Notes: generated from the sequence alone by a model not told the origin. A stretch of DNA of 64,000 nt from an uncultured Gammaproteobacteria bacterium (GCA_964619625.1 CAZUFD010000001.1:59316-123315); one strand, 5' to 3'. Shown: positions 1 through 9,410, counted from the stretch's first letter. Translations and numbers: made by a program.

Positions 1-273
1 TTAATGTTATTTGGATTTTTGGCGCTTATACTGAGTTTTTTAGTTTTTCCCATCGGGCAACTTATTGCTTGGTTAACAGAAGTTGGCATACAGTATGTTA
101 TAATGATAACCAATTGGTTTGGAGGCAGAAGTTGGAGCGCCGTAGAAATTACGGTGCCGCTCTGGGCCATGATATTAATATATATTTTACTAGTTTTTTC
201 CATTGTAAAAAACAAATTAAGAAGTTTGAGTTATGAAAAAAGTCAAAGTATTTTCATCGGAACCAGGCTATAA
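1..273 (+). CDS. 3' end of a polytopic membrane protein; the gene continues upstream of the window. Identity unknown, possibly the ComEC/Rec2 membrane region.
   Basis: The ORF is open to the window edge. The translation is hydrophobic with at least 3 predicted TM helices. Identity is inferred only from the neighbouring ComEC-like MBL domain gene. Confidence 0.35.
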   Translation, partial: LMLFGFLALILSFLVFPIGQLIAWLTEVGIQYVIMITNWFGGRSWSAVEITVPLWAMILIYILLVFSIVKNKLRSLSYEKSQSIFIGTRL

Positions 274-838
274 TTTAGCCGCTGATGTGTACGATGAAAA
301 TGAAAATTATTTAAATAGTTTTGAGCAAGGCGAGCTTATTCCTTTGCTCGGCGCTTTGGCTGGCAAAAAAGTTTTAGATGTTGGGGCCGGCACGGGCCGT
401 CTATCTTTGCCTTTGGCAAACAGGGGAGCAGACGTTACGGCTTTAGATGTATCTTCCAAAATGTTAGATTTAATAAAAAAGAAGAATGTAAAAATTACTA
501 CTATAATTGGTGATGCGGAAGCGTTGCCTTTTGAAGATAATACATTTGATATTGTAACGGCCGCGTTTTTAATTGTGCACCTCAAAAATCCAACCAGATT
601 TTTTGATGAAGCGTATAGGGTATTAAAAGATGGGGGGATTTTGGCGGTAACTAACATTAACCAGAAAGATCCGCCGCAAGTAAAAACTAAAGAGGGGAAA
701 ATAATTATTGAATCTTTTTATCACCGTCCGGAAAAAATAATAGAAATATTACAGTCATTGGCTTTTAGCATTGAAGAAAATGTTTTTATAAAAGAAAAAG
801 AGCTTTGGATAAATCAGGTCGTGATAGCGAGGAAGTAA
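233..838 (+). CDS. Class I SAM-dependent methyltransferase (Methyltransf_11/UbiE-like)
   Basis: Motif I VLDVGAGTGRLS, an acidic residue after beta-2 (ALDVS) and a downstream DIVTAAFLIVHL motif are typical of Rossmann-fold SAM methyltransferases. Confidence 0.75.
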   Translation: MKKVKVFSSEPGYNLAADVYDENENYLNSFEQGELIPLLGALAGKKVLDVGAGTGRLSLPLANRGADVTALDVSSKMLDLIKKKNVKITTIIGDAEALPFEDNTFDIVTAAFLIVHLKNPTRFFDEAYRVLKDGGILAVTNINQKDPPQVKTKEGKIIIESFYHRPEKIIEILQSLAFSIEENVFIKEKELWINQVVIARK

Positions 839-920
839 ACAAAAACACCCCCTTCTTCCTATATCTACAAATTTTATAGACATGGGAAGGCCGAAGGGGG
901 TGTGGTTGTTTGTCCGGCCT

Positions 921-1271
921 TTATTCCTGGGGAAAGGTAATAGCTGGGTGGTTTCTAGGAACAAGACGTGGACAAGTTGCTTTGGGGTCATAGTCTACCG
1001 CAAACCTGTCAAACTGCGGGCTTTGTTCGCACCGAAGACAATCTTCGCCTTCGTTCATCCAAGACCCCTCGTCGCTTTGCAGTTGGCTAAAGTACGTTTT
1101 CTTGCAGTCTGGGCATTCCAGATTTGGACTCTGGGTCACATCTGCAGACTTGCATACGGGGCATCGCCAGACTGGGCCCAGCAGCGTGTCTTTAGAAAAC
1201 AGGTGCTTTTCTCTAGTTACACAGTTGCACCTAGGATTGTGGCATATCCAGATTTGCTCTGGGTTGCTCAT
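921..1271 (-). CDS. Cys-rich zinc-ribbon-like hypothetical protein in a GC-elevated islet
   Basis: Several CxxC/CPxC pairs (CHNPRCNC, CPVC, CPDC, CLRC). Local GC is about 50% against about 38% in the flanks. It overlaps a featureless 177-aa plus-strand ORF, which I treat as spurious. Confidence 0.45.
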   Translation of the reverse strand: MSNPEQIWICHNPRCNCVTREKHLFSKDTLLGPVWRCPVCKSADVTQSPNLECPDCKKTYFSQLQSDEGSWMNEGEDCLRCEQSPQFDRFAVDYDPKATCPRLVPRNHPAITFPQE

Positions 1272-1480
1272 AGATCCTCCATGTCGTCGTCAATGATTTC
1301 TGGAGCGGGAGTCAAAACAGGAAAGTTGGGCGGCGTTTTAGAAACATTTTTTAGACCACATTTTTTACACTCATGCCGTTTTGGCTTTCGTGTATACTTT
1401 GCGCCGCAGCCATAAGTAAGGCACCACCATTGAGTTTGTTCAGGCATCGATCTATTTCTCCTTAAGGGAGAACTTATCAT
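1268..1480 (-). CDS. Small zinc-ribbon-like hypothetical protein; 4-nt overlap (ATGA) with the downstream Cys-rich ORF
   Basis: CxxC...CxxC motifs (CLTYGC, CKKCG). It is translationally coupled to the 921..1271 ORF and lies in the same GC-elevated segment. Confidence 0.4.
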   Translation of the reverse strand: MISSPLRRNRSMPEQTQWWCLTYGCGAKYTRKPKRHECKKCGLKNVSKTPPNFPVLTPAPEIIDDDMEDL

Positions 1481-1498
1481 ACTTTTAAATTTAAATCA

Positions 1499-2362
1499 AT
1501 GCTCAGGAGTAAAAAAATCTTATTGGCAGCCAGCGCAGTTTTAATTATTTCATTAAGCCTGCTTTGTTATTTTTTATATAAAGAAAGCGCTAAACATAAT
1601 TTTCAAGTCACTTTTTTTGATATCGGCCAAGGCGACGCAGCTTTAATCCAATTTAACGATGGTAAAAAAATGTTGGTGGATTGCGGGCCGGATAGAAAAA
1701 TTCTCGCTAAACTCGGTAAGACTTTGCCATTTTATGATCGCACGATAGATTATGTTTTGGCCACTCATCCGGATCTAGATCATTACGGCGGCTGCGTGGA
1801 TGTGCTTAAAAATTATAAAGTAAAAGAAATTATTATAAATGGCCGTAAAAAAGAGTATAATCCGTATTGGCGAGAATGGGACAAGGCGGTAAAGAACGAA
1901 GGCGCGACCATAAAAGTTATGGATAGTCCGCAAGTCTGGCATATTGCCAGCTCAACTTTGGAATTTTTATCTCCGGACAGATCGTTGGCCTTAGATGTTA
2001 AAGAAGACGACAATAATAATTATTCCATAGTTTTTAGATTAACAAACGGCAATAAAAAATTTTTATTTACGGGTGATATGGAGGTACCGCTGGAAACAGC
2101 GCTTTTGAAAAAATATTGCCCAGTTACTTCTACGGGCTCATGCGCGGCCTTGGAATCGGATATCCTTAAAGTTGGCCATCATGGTAGCGACAGTTCTTCG
2201 GGTGAGGAGTTCTTGCGGGCGGTAAATCCAAAACAGGCTGTAATATCCAGCGGCAAAAATAACAAATACGGCCATCCGTCGTTGCGAGTCTTGAGAAAAA
2301 CGGAAAGAGCTGGCGCGGAGATACTGCGAACCGATACGGTAGGGGATATAATTAGATTTTAA
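1499..2362 (+). CDS. Metallo-beta-lactamase-fold hydrolase, ComEC/Rec2 C-terminal-domain-like, with an N-terminal TM anchor
   Basis: The HxHxDH motif is present as ATHPDLDHYGG. The downstream TGDME and VGHHGS motifs are characteristic of the ComEC-type MBL domain. The N-terminus is hydrophobic. Confidence 0.7.
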   Translation: MLRSKKILLAASAVLIISLSLLCYFLYKESAKHNFQVTFFDIGQGDAALIQFNDGKKMLVDCGPDRKILAKLGKTLPFYDRTIDYVLATHPDLDHYGGCVDVLKNYKVKEIIINGRKKEYNPYWREWDKAVKNEGATIKVMDSPQVWHIASSTLEFLSPDRSLALDVKEDDNNNYSIVFRLTNGNKKFLFTGDMEVPLETALLKKYCPVTSTGSCAALESDILKVGHHGSDSSSGEEFLRAVNPKQAVISSGKNNKYGHPSLRVLRKTERAGAEILRTDTVGDIIRF

Positions 2363-2572
2363 TACCCTGTATGGGTTCATGTGTCTTGACCTTGCTGCTG
2401 ACTGCAGGGTCGAACGACCCCGTGGATAAGTTATAAATTCTATTAAAAAACTTTAGATAAATTTTATCTCGTTTCCTGTATATTTATACCACTTACACAA
2501 TCGCGTGTAAGCTAGGAGACAAGAAAATGCGTTCTTTTCAGTGTCCGAAAAATCAATTCATCAGACTAAGCT

Positions 2573-3274
2573 ATGAATAAAAAAATAAATTACATTTTAA
2601 TTGTTATATTTATCGTTATAGGCATAACGACTGCTTTTTTTGTTCTGCGCAAGGATAAAAATCTGTCGGTTATAACACCGCCGCCAGACAAATTTATTAA
2701 ATTATCCGATACTGTATTTGACGCGACAAAGGTTATTTCGGATTTTGGTGTATTGGTGCGTTATCCTAGCAATGGTTTTTATGACTTAGGTGCTGAAGCC
2801 AGATTAACCGGATCGCGCTCTGAAGGGATGCCGCTATCCCCGTTTGATTTTGGGGGAATATTATCTATTGAGCAAAGCAGTATTTTTCCCATAGACAAGA
2901 CACCTAATGACGTTATCAAAGAAAAAGCCGTTAAAAGCGGCGAGCTCATATCTGTTTATATCGGAGTGCAAGATGCAAGTGTTATAAAAAAATATCCGAC
3001 CGAAAAAGATTATTTTGCGGCGGCTAATTTACCGGATAAGCTGTTGGCAACAAGGGAGGAGTTTGTTATCGGGAAACATAAATTTTTCGTCATTACTGTT
3101 CATAATAACGATCTTACCCAATGGCAAGCAATTTCTTATGGAACGAAAGAAGTAGTTTTTGTGGCTTTCACAGCCCCTGAAAGCGATAAAAACCCCGAAA
3201 ATATCCGAGAAATTTTCCGTCAACGCAATGAAAATATTTTTCTTGACTTCTTGGCGTATTTGGAATTTGATTAA
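2573..3274 (+). CDS. Hypothetical membrane-anchored protein, paralog 1
   Basis: N-terminal TM helix followed by ...VLRKDKN. Similar size and N-terminal architecture to the next gene. Confidence 0.5.
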   Translation: MNKKINYILIVIFIVIGITTAFFVLRKDKNLSVITPPPDKFIKLSDTVFDATKVISDFGVLVRYPSNGFYDLGAEARLTGSRSEGMPLSPFDFGGILSIEQSSIFPIDKTPNDVIKEKAVKSGELISVYIGVQDASVIKKYPTEKDYFAAANLPDKLLATREEFVIGKHKFFVITVHNNDLTQWQAISYGTKEVVFVAFTAPESDKNPENIREIFRQRNENIFLDFLAYLEFD

Positions 3275-3364
3275 GAAATTGATTATTTGTAATTGATTTT
3301 AAAAATTGTCCGACCAATATAGACATTCCTCGAGCGTTTAATTATCATACACTCATATCAAGCT

Positions 3365-4006
3365 ATGAAAATCAAACTAAATATTATTATCATTACTATA
3401 TCCGTCATCTTGATCGCGGTGACTATTTTTGTTATTCTGCGCAAAGATCAGAAATCATCGGCTACCCCCTCGCAAAGCAAAGCTGTTCAATTACCCAAAA
3501 CCATTTTTGATGCCACCACTACGGTACCCGGAACCAACTTCAGTTTTTCATACCCAAGTAAAGGATTTTACGGACTCGGAGCTAATTTGAACGTCAGTCG
3601 AGCGGAAGAATCGGCCAGCAATTACCACGCACGCGTCTCAGTACAAACAACAGTGCCATATATAACTGAAAAGGGGAGCGAATTTGTTGTGTTGACGGTA
3701 GGAGCAGGAAAACTACCAGCTAATCAGAAATCGCTTGAGGACGTTATTAACGCTATTGATCCTGATTCATACACTGGCCAATATGCCAAAATAAATGGAA
3801 AGCATCAAACCATTAACGGGCGAAAATTCTTTTTATCAAAAGTGACTGAAGATGCAACAACATGGGGAGCGTGGACGCTAGCAGGTGAAGATATTATTAC
3901 CGTGATGCTGGCCTACAAAGGAGGAGAAAGTGCGGAATCACAGGCTGCCTACCTAAACAATGACCAGCTTTTTTTGCAGATTCTTGAAAATATTTCCTTA
4001 AAATAA
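3365..4006 (+). CDS. Hypothetical membrane-anchored protein, paralog 2
   Basis: N-terminal TM helix followed by ...ILRKDQKS. It shares motifs with 2573..3274 such as FDAT and YPS.GFY.LGA. Confidence 0.5.
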   Translation: MKIKLNIIIITISVILIAVTIFVILRKDQKSSATPSQSKAVQLPKTIFDATTTVPGTNFSFSYPSKGFYGLGANLNVSRAEESASNYHARVSVQTTVPYITEKGSEFVVLTVGAGKLPANQKSLEDVINAIDPDSYTGQYAKINGKHQTINGRKFFLSKVTEDATTWGAWTLAGEDIITVMLAYKGGESAESQAAYLNNDQLFLQILENISLK

Positions 4007-4007
4007 T

Positions 4008-4571
4008 GTGACAACAAAAAAAGATAAAAAAACTTTAATTATTATTGGTTGCGTCGCCGTTATCGTAGCCGCTTACTTTTTAGGATCTTTGTCGGTAAAA
4101 AATTCACCCTCCACCGAATCTGATCAGGTAGAGAACGCTACAACCAGAGCCGCTACCGATACGGCTAAACTTTATGGAAAGATTGTAAAACTCAATAGCA
4201 AAAACACAGATTTGCGCTTGGTCGAGTGGGTTCAAGGCTCTGATAGTCAAGAGCAGGCCGCACTTGAAACCGGGCGCTGCACACTTGAACGAATCGAGAA
4301 GGATGAATGTCTGCCCAATCCATTTTTCATCCGCGAAACGCAAAAAACACTGACCTTGCCAATGACACCCGATATAAAGATTCAAGTTCTCTCCCCCGGT
4401 CCATCAGGCGAAATCAAACAAGATGAGCAACTCAATACGATTCATCGCGAAATCAACCTTGCTGATCTTGCAAAAATGCTCGAAAACCACGACTTCGCCG
4501 AGCAGACCCCTTTTATCTTTACGACACAATACGGCAGCATTATCAAGATTGAGGAACAATACATCCCGTAA
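4008..4571 (+). CDS. Hypothetical membrane-anchored protein
   Basis: N-terminal TM helix. Start is 1 nt after the previous stop. No recognisable motifs. Confidence 0.45.
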   Translation: MTTKKDKKTLIIIGCVAVIVAAYFLGSLSVKNSPSTESDQVENATTRAATDTAKLYGKIVKLNSKNTDLRLVEWVQGSDSQEQAALETGRCTLERIEKDECLPNPFFIRETQKTLTLPMTPDIKIQVLSPGPSGEIKQDEQLNTIHREINLADLAKMLENHDFAEQTPFIFTTQYGSIIKIEEQYIP

Positions 4572-4756
4572 CTGGCTGGCAGGAAATATTGAAAATGAAA
4601 TTTCCCTCGATTAAAGTTATAATACAAAAAAATAACTAAAGCCCCTGCCAAACCTTCCTCAATTTGACACCATGTCCATTCTATGATATCTTTCTCTTAT
4701 TAAAGAGCTTTCATAAAGAAACGCTCTTTTTTGTTAGCAAATTTTGTGCTATATTT

Positions 4757-4833
4757 GAAGTGAGTGAGCAAAGTAATTAAACTTGTTTTATTACTTTTGA
4801 GCGAACGAGAATATATGTGGCAAAGCCCATATA
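4757..4833 (+). repeat. Intergenic bipartite-hairpin repeat, copy A. An AT-rich hairpin, a GAGCGAACGAG spacer, then a TATATG-GGC/GCC-CATATA hairpin.
   Basis: Near-identical to 16464..16536 over about 73 nt. Related in reverse orientation to 9508..9590 and 13731..13812, and to 31741..31815. Confidence 0.7.
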
Positions 4834-4868
4834 ATAGTAACTAACTACTTTAATTTAAGAAAATACAT

Positions 4869-6098
4869 ATGTCAGATATCACCAAGGCCATGCAAGTATT
4901 GTGTGAGGAAAAAAACCTTTCTTACGAATCCGTATTAGAGGCGATTGAGTTTGCCCTTGCGGCCGCGTATCGTAAGGATTTTGGCAATAAGCAGCAAAAC
5001 ATCAAAGTAAAGTTTGATCCGGAGACTTCGGATATGAAGGCCTGGGATGTAAAAACCGTCGTAGAAGATATTCCCGAAGAAACACTGCTCGCCGCCCAGG
5101 AAGAATTAACCAAACGACGTGAAAAAGCCAAAGAAGAAAAACGGGAGCTTACGGAAGAAGAAACTGAAGATTTACCTCGCTTCAACCCAAAGACCGAGCT
5201 GATGATTTCCGCCGCCAAAGAAATAGATAAAAAAGTAAAAGTGGGAGAAGTAATGGAAATTCCATTAGAAATCCAACACGAATTTGGTCGCATGGCCGCG
5301 CAAACCGCCAAGCAGGTTATCATCCAAAAAATTCGCGAAGCCGAACGCGGTATCATGTTTAATGACTTTAAAGGCCAGGAAGGCCAATTGATCATGGGTA
5401 CGATCCAAAGAGCTGAAGCTCGCAAAGTTTTGGTTGATTTTGGAAAAGTTACCGGCGTACTTCTTGCAGATCAGCAAAACCCTCGCGATCATTATCGTCC
5501 AGGCGCTCGCATGAAGTTTTTGTTATTGTCCGTACAAATGACGCCGCGCGGTTTGGAAGTGTTATTGTCTCGCAGCGATGTCGGTATGGTGCGTGAAATT
5601 TTCAAACAAGAAATTCCGGAAATTAACGACGGTGTCATAGAAATTAAAGGCGTTGCCCGCGAAGCCGGTTTCCGTTCCAAAGTATCTGTATTTACTACCG
5701 ATAAATCAATTGATCCGATCGGCTCTTGTATCGGACAGAAAGGCAGCCGCATAAATACAATTATTGAAGAGCTAGGCGGAGAAAAAATTGATATCATCCA
5801 ATATAGCGAGGATGCGAAAGAGTATATTGCCCATGCTTTGGCTCCGGCAAAAATCTTGGGAGTAAAATTAAATGAGGCTGAAAAAATTGCCGAAGTATCC
5901 GTGGCTACGGATCAGTTCTCCTTGGCTATTGGCCGCAATGGACAAAATGTTCGTTTAGCTGCCAATTTGACCGGTTGGAGAATAGATGTGGTAGAAGAAG
6001 GTGGAAAACAAGAAGTTTCAAGCGATAAAGTTGAACCGGAAGCAGTAGAAGAAGTTGCCGTTGAAGAAGTTAAAGAAGAAGAAAAGGCCAAGGAATAA
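4869..6098 (+). CDS. nusA: Transcription termination/antitermination factor NusA
   Basis: N-terminal NusA domain, an S1-like region and tandem KH domains (GSCIGQKGSRINTIIEELGGEKIDII, AIGRNGQNVRLAANLTGWRIDV), with an acidic C-terminal tail. Confidence 0.85.
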   Translation: MSDITKAMQVLCEEKNLSYESVLEAIEFALAAAYRKDFGNKQQNIKVKFDPETSDMKAWDVKTVVEDIPEETLLAAQEELTKRREKAKEEKRELTEEETEDLPRFNPKTELMISAAKEIDKKVKVGEVMEIPLEIQHEFGRMAAQTAKQVIIQKIREAERGIMFNDFKGQEGQLIMGTIQRAEARKVLVDFGKVTGVLLADQQNPRDHYRPGARMKFLLLSVQMTPRGLEVLLSRSDVGMVREIFKQEIPEINDGVIEIKGVAREAGFRSKVSVFTTDKSIDPIGSCIGQKGSRINTIIEELGGEKIDIIQYSEDAKEYIAHALAPAKILGVKLNEAEKIAEVSVATDQFSLAIGRNGQNVRLAANLTGWRIDVVEEGGKQEVSSDKVEPEAVEEVAVEEVKEEEKAKE

Positions 6099-6132
6099 AT
6101 TCTGTATTCTTTATTCTAAATTCTAGCTAAAA

Positions 6133-6891
6133 TTGTTTATGTTTTCTATTTTCCACACCGTTCTGTATCAACCAATATTCAACCTCTTTGTTTTTTTGTA
6201 TAACATTTTGCCCGGACATGATGTTGGTTTGGTAATTTTGGCAATTACGATTTTAGTGCGTTTGGCAGTCTATCCGCTTACGAGCGCTTCCATAAAATCC
6301 CAGCGCGCCTTACAGGATTTGCAGCCAAAGTTAGCGGCTATAAAACAACAATACGCCGATGATAAACAAAAGCAAACAGTGGCTATCATGGAGATGTATA
6401 AAAATAACAAAGTAAACCCGCTGGCTTCTTGTTTGCCAATGTTAATTCAGTTGCCGATTTTGATTGCTTTGTACGCGGTGTTGCGGGACGGTTTAAATTC
6501 AAAAAATTTAGCAGATTCTCTGTATTCGTTTATCAGTAATCCGGGTACCATAAATCAAATTTCTCTTGGTTTCCTTAATATGGCCAAACCAAACTATGTG
6601 TTGGCAATACTCGCCGGTCTGGCGCAGTATTTCCAAGCCAAAACCCTGAGTACAAAAAATCCTCCTCTTCAAGCCGGTGAAGGTTCAAAAGACGAGGCAA
6701 TGATGTCTATGATGAACAAACAGATGCTTTATTTTATGCCAGTGATGACCGTGGTAATTGGTTTTAATTTGCCCGGCGGACTTACCCTGTATTGGTTCTT
6801 CAGTACATTGCTTATGGTGTTGCAACAGCTATGGATTTCTAAGAATTTCAAAAGCAAGGGCAGCGTCATTGAAGGGCAAATCGTTAAGTAA
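6133..6891 (+). CDS. yidC: Membrane protein insertase YidC/Oxa1 family (short form)
   Basis: Five TM helices, with conserved YidC core motifs (MLPMLIQLPILIALY, GGLTLYWFFSTLLMVLQQ). Confidence 0.8.
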   Translation: MFMFSIFHTVLYQPIFNLFVFLYNILPGHDVGLVILAITILVRLAVYPLTSASIKSQRALQDLQPKLAAIKQQYADDKQKQTVAIMEMYKNNKVNPLASCLPMLIQLPILIALYAVLRDGLNSKNLADSLYSFISNPGTINQISLGFLNMAKPNYVLAILAGLAQYFQAKTLSTKNPPLQAGEGSKDEAMMSMMNKQMLYFMPVMTVVIGFNLPGGLTLYWFFSTLLMVLQQLWISKNFKSKGSVIEGQIVK

Positions 6892-6932
6892 ATATCTCGT
6901 TAGTTAATGTATAACGTATCGGCACGTATTGT

Positions 6933-7199
6933 ATGATTATTAATCTGCGTACATTATTGCATCTGCCGGTTTATACCGAATCTGGAACGAAACTCGGTAC
7001 GGTTTTTGATTTAGAAGTAGATGCCGAAGGGCATGCCATAATGAAGTATTTTGTTAAAGCGAATTTTTTAAGCGTAAAATATTTTCTGATTGAGAAAAGT
7101 TTGGTAAAAGAAATTAAAGAAGACAAAATAGTTGTATATGATAGCGTGGAAAGGGGCAGTTTGCTTGAAGCGCCGCCCAACATGGCTTTAGGCGAGTAA
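6933..7199 (+). CDS. Small hypothetical protein, possibly PRC-barrel-like
   Basis: ORF only. A weak resemblance to a PRC-barrel N-terminus (YTESGTKLGTVFDLEVD). Confidence 0.35.
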   Translation: MIINLRTLLHLPVYTESGTKLGTVFDLEVDAEGHAIMKYFVKANFLSVKYFLIEKSLVKEIKEDKIVVYDSVERGSLLEAPPNMALGE

Positions 7200-7203
7200 C
7201 TGT

Positions 7204-8139
7204 ATGATTCAAGCTGAAACGCTGCAGCGCTCCATAAAAAATACCTTAACTTATTTTGATATAGCTGATTTTCCTCTTACCAAAGAGGAACTTTTTGTTT
7301 TTCTCTGGCAACCGCCCAAGGTTAGTTATGCGAATTTTTTAGAATTTTTACAGTCAAACAATTCGGCATTTGAAACCAAACAGGGTTTTTATTTTTTGCC
7401 GGGCAGATCCAAACTTATAGAAACTAGGCAGCGCCGGCTGCTTATTTCCGAAAAAAAACTTAAGATCGCTCGCCGGGCGGCCAGAATAATTCGTTCCATT
7501 CCATTTTTAAAAGCGGTTTTTGTGTGTAATACCGTCGGGGCGGAACAGGCGACAACGGATAGTGATATAGATTTTTTGATTATCACTGCCCCCAAAAGAA
7601 TTTGGATTACGAGACTCTTTGTAACGTTTTGGTTAAGCGTGTTTAGAATGCGGCGAGTAAAGGATAAAATAAAAGATAAGATATGCTTAAGTTTTTATGT
7701 AACTGCCGATAATTTGGATTTGGCAAAATTTAGAGTGGCCGATGACGACATACACTTTGCATTTTGGATACAGCAAATGTTGCCGATATATGACCCGGAT
7801 AATTATTACGCAAAATTTTTGCAAGCCAACGGGTGGATAAAGCAGTATTTGCCGCATACGGATGCTAGCCGTGTTTCATCGTATATTTTAAATGTTGCGG
7901 AATCTCGTTTTGGCAGGATTTGGAAACGCGCTTGGGAAAAAATGTGGCAGGGAAGTTATGGCGATTTAATTAACAATGAAGCTAAAAAAATACAATTATC
8001 CAAAATGAAGTTTTCCGGCAATAAAATAGATAGAGGCGAAGATAAAGGCGTGGTAATTTCCGATTCTATTTTGAAGTTTCATGAAAAAGATACAAGAGTT
8101 GAATATAGAGAATTATGGAAAAACAAAATTTCAGTTTAA
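7204..8139 (+). CDS. Hypothetical protein with a nucleotidyltransferase (pol-beta-like) motif
   Basis: G[AS]...D.D-like signature in CNTVGAEQATTDSDIDFLII. Confidence 0.45.
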   Translation: MIQAETLQRSIKNTLTYFDIADFPLTKEELFVFLWQPPKVSYANFLEFLQSNNSAFETKQGFYFLPGRSKLIETRQRRLLISEKKLKIARRAARIIRSIPFLKAVFVCNTVGAEQATTDSDIDFLIITAPKRIWITRLFVTFWLSVFRMRRVKDKIKDKICLSFYVTADNLDLAKFRVADDDIHFAFWIQQMLPIYDPDNYYAKFLQANGWIKQYLPHTDASRVSSYILNVAESRFGRIWKRAWEKMWQGSYGDLINNEAKKIQLSKMKFSGNKIDRGEDKGVVISDSILKFHEKDTRVEYRELWKNKISV

Positions 8140-9410
8140 TTTTAAAAAAAGTACAAGATTGGACATTGCTTGCGTTTTTGTTTTTGTTGCCCTGGCAAAC
8201 AAGATATATTTGGCAGTATGGCGATTTAAACGGCGGATATTGGGAATATGGCACGGGCAGTCTTTATGCAACCGAGATTTTGTTGTGGGTTGTTTTAATT
8301 TTATTTTTTGTTAATAATTTTCTAAACAAAGAAGTTTGGACAAATTTATTTAAAAAGAAGAATATTTTTTCTTTGGCATTTACTGGATTTTTGGCTGCAG
8401 CAGGCACGTCAGTAATTTTGAGTGAAAATTTTGGTATATCATACAATTATATTTTTCGTATTTTGGAAGGCATGGCCATAATGACGGTGTTGGCGCGATT
8501 AGGGTGGAATAATAAATATATTTTTGCTATCTGGCTAGGTGCGGTAGGGCAGGGTATATTGGCAATGTATCAATTTTTAAATCAGAGTGTTTTTGCAAGC
8601 TCTTGGCTAGGCATGGCCGGGCAGGAGGCGTATAATTTAGGCCCAAGCGTGATAGAGTTTGCCGACCAAAGATGGCTGCGCGCGTATGGCAGTTTTGGTT
8701 CGCCAAATTCTTTGGGGATTTATTTGGCAGTATTATTTGTTTTAGGTTTTATTCTGTATTTTAAAACGCAAATACCGCGCTATAAAATTTTAATCAGCGT
8801 CGGTCAGTTGCTAGTTTTGTCTGGCTTGATTCTTTCTTTTTCTCGCGGAGCGTGGCTGTCCACTTTAGTTGGGCTTGTATCTTTGGCCGTTGTTTTATTT
8901 TTTAAACAAAAAGATTTTTTACGAGATTTTATTAAGCAGACAGCCTTTGCTTTGGCGGTTGTAGTTTTTTGGGTAGCAATTTTTTACCCGGTGTTTAATG
9001 CCCGTTTTAACTTACAAAACCGTTTGGAAGCAAAATCTGTTTCCGAAAGAAAAGGGCAGTATAGCGAATCTTTGTCTTTTATCAAATCAAATCCAATTTT
9101 TGGGGTTGGGCCGGGCGTATATACTTTTGCTTTGGCCAAAAAATATCCGGAGCTAGCTTTTTGGCAGCTGCAGCCGATACATAATATTTATTTGCTTCTT
9201 CTTGTAGAAATGGGCATATTTGGTATGTTGGCCATATTTTTATTGGCTATTAGTATTGCTAGATTGATAATTAAAACTAACTTAATTTACGCACCAGTTT
9301 TGGTTGTCTTGTTTACTTCTGGGATGCTAGATCACTGGTTGGTCAGCCTGTTTACAGGCATGGTTTTTTGGTGGGTAGTTTTGGGTTTAGGTCTAAAAAG
9401 AGACTCTTGA
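8115..9410 (+). CDS. O-antigen ligase/polymerase-like (Wzy_C family) polytopic membrane protein
   Basis: At least 10 predicted TM helices. Contains the conserved Wzy_C loop motif SFSRGAWLS. Confidence 0.6.
   Translation: MEKQNFSLILKKVQDWTLLAFLFLLPWQTRYIWQYGDLNGGYWEYGTGSLYATEILLWVVLILFFVNNFLNKEVWTNLFKKKNIFSLAFTGFLAAAGTSVILSENFGISYNYIFRILEGMAIMTVLARLGWNNKYIFAIWLGAVGQGILAMYQFLNQSVFASSWLGMAGQEAYNLGPSVIEFADQRWLRAYGSFGSPNSLGIYLAVLFVLGFILYFKTQIPRYKILISVGQLLVLSGLILSFSRGAWLSTLVGLVSLAVVLFFKQKDFLRDFIKQTAFALAVVVFWVAIFYPVFNARFNLQNRLEAKSVSERKGQYSESLSFIKSNPIFGVGPGVYTFALAKKYPELAFWQLQPIHNIYLLLLVEMGIFGMLAIFLLAISIARLIIKTNLIYAPVLVVLFTSGMLDHWLVSLFTGMVFWWVVLGLGLKRDS

Noticed and set aside
882-1415. 177-aa plus-strand ORF overlapping the zinc-ribbon ORFs
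   Set aside because: No motifs. It lies antisense to two ORFs with conserved CxxC spacing and a coupled ATGA overlap. GC-elevated DNA generates long spurious ORFs.
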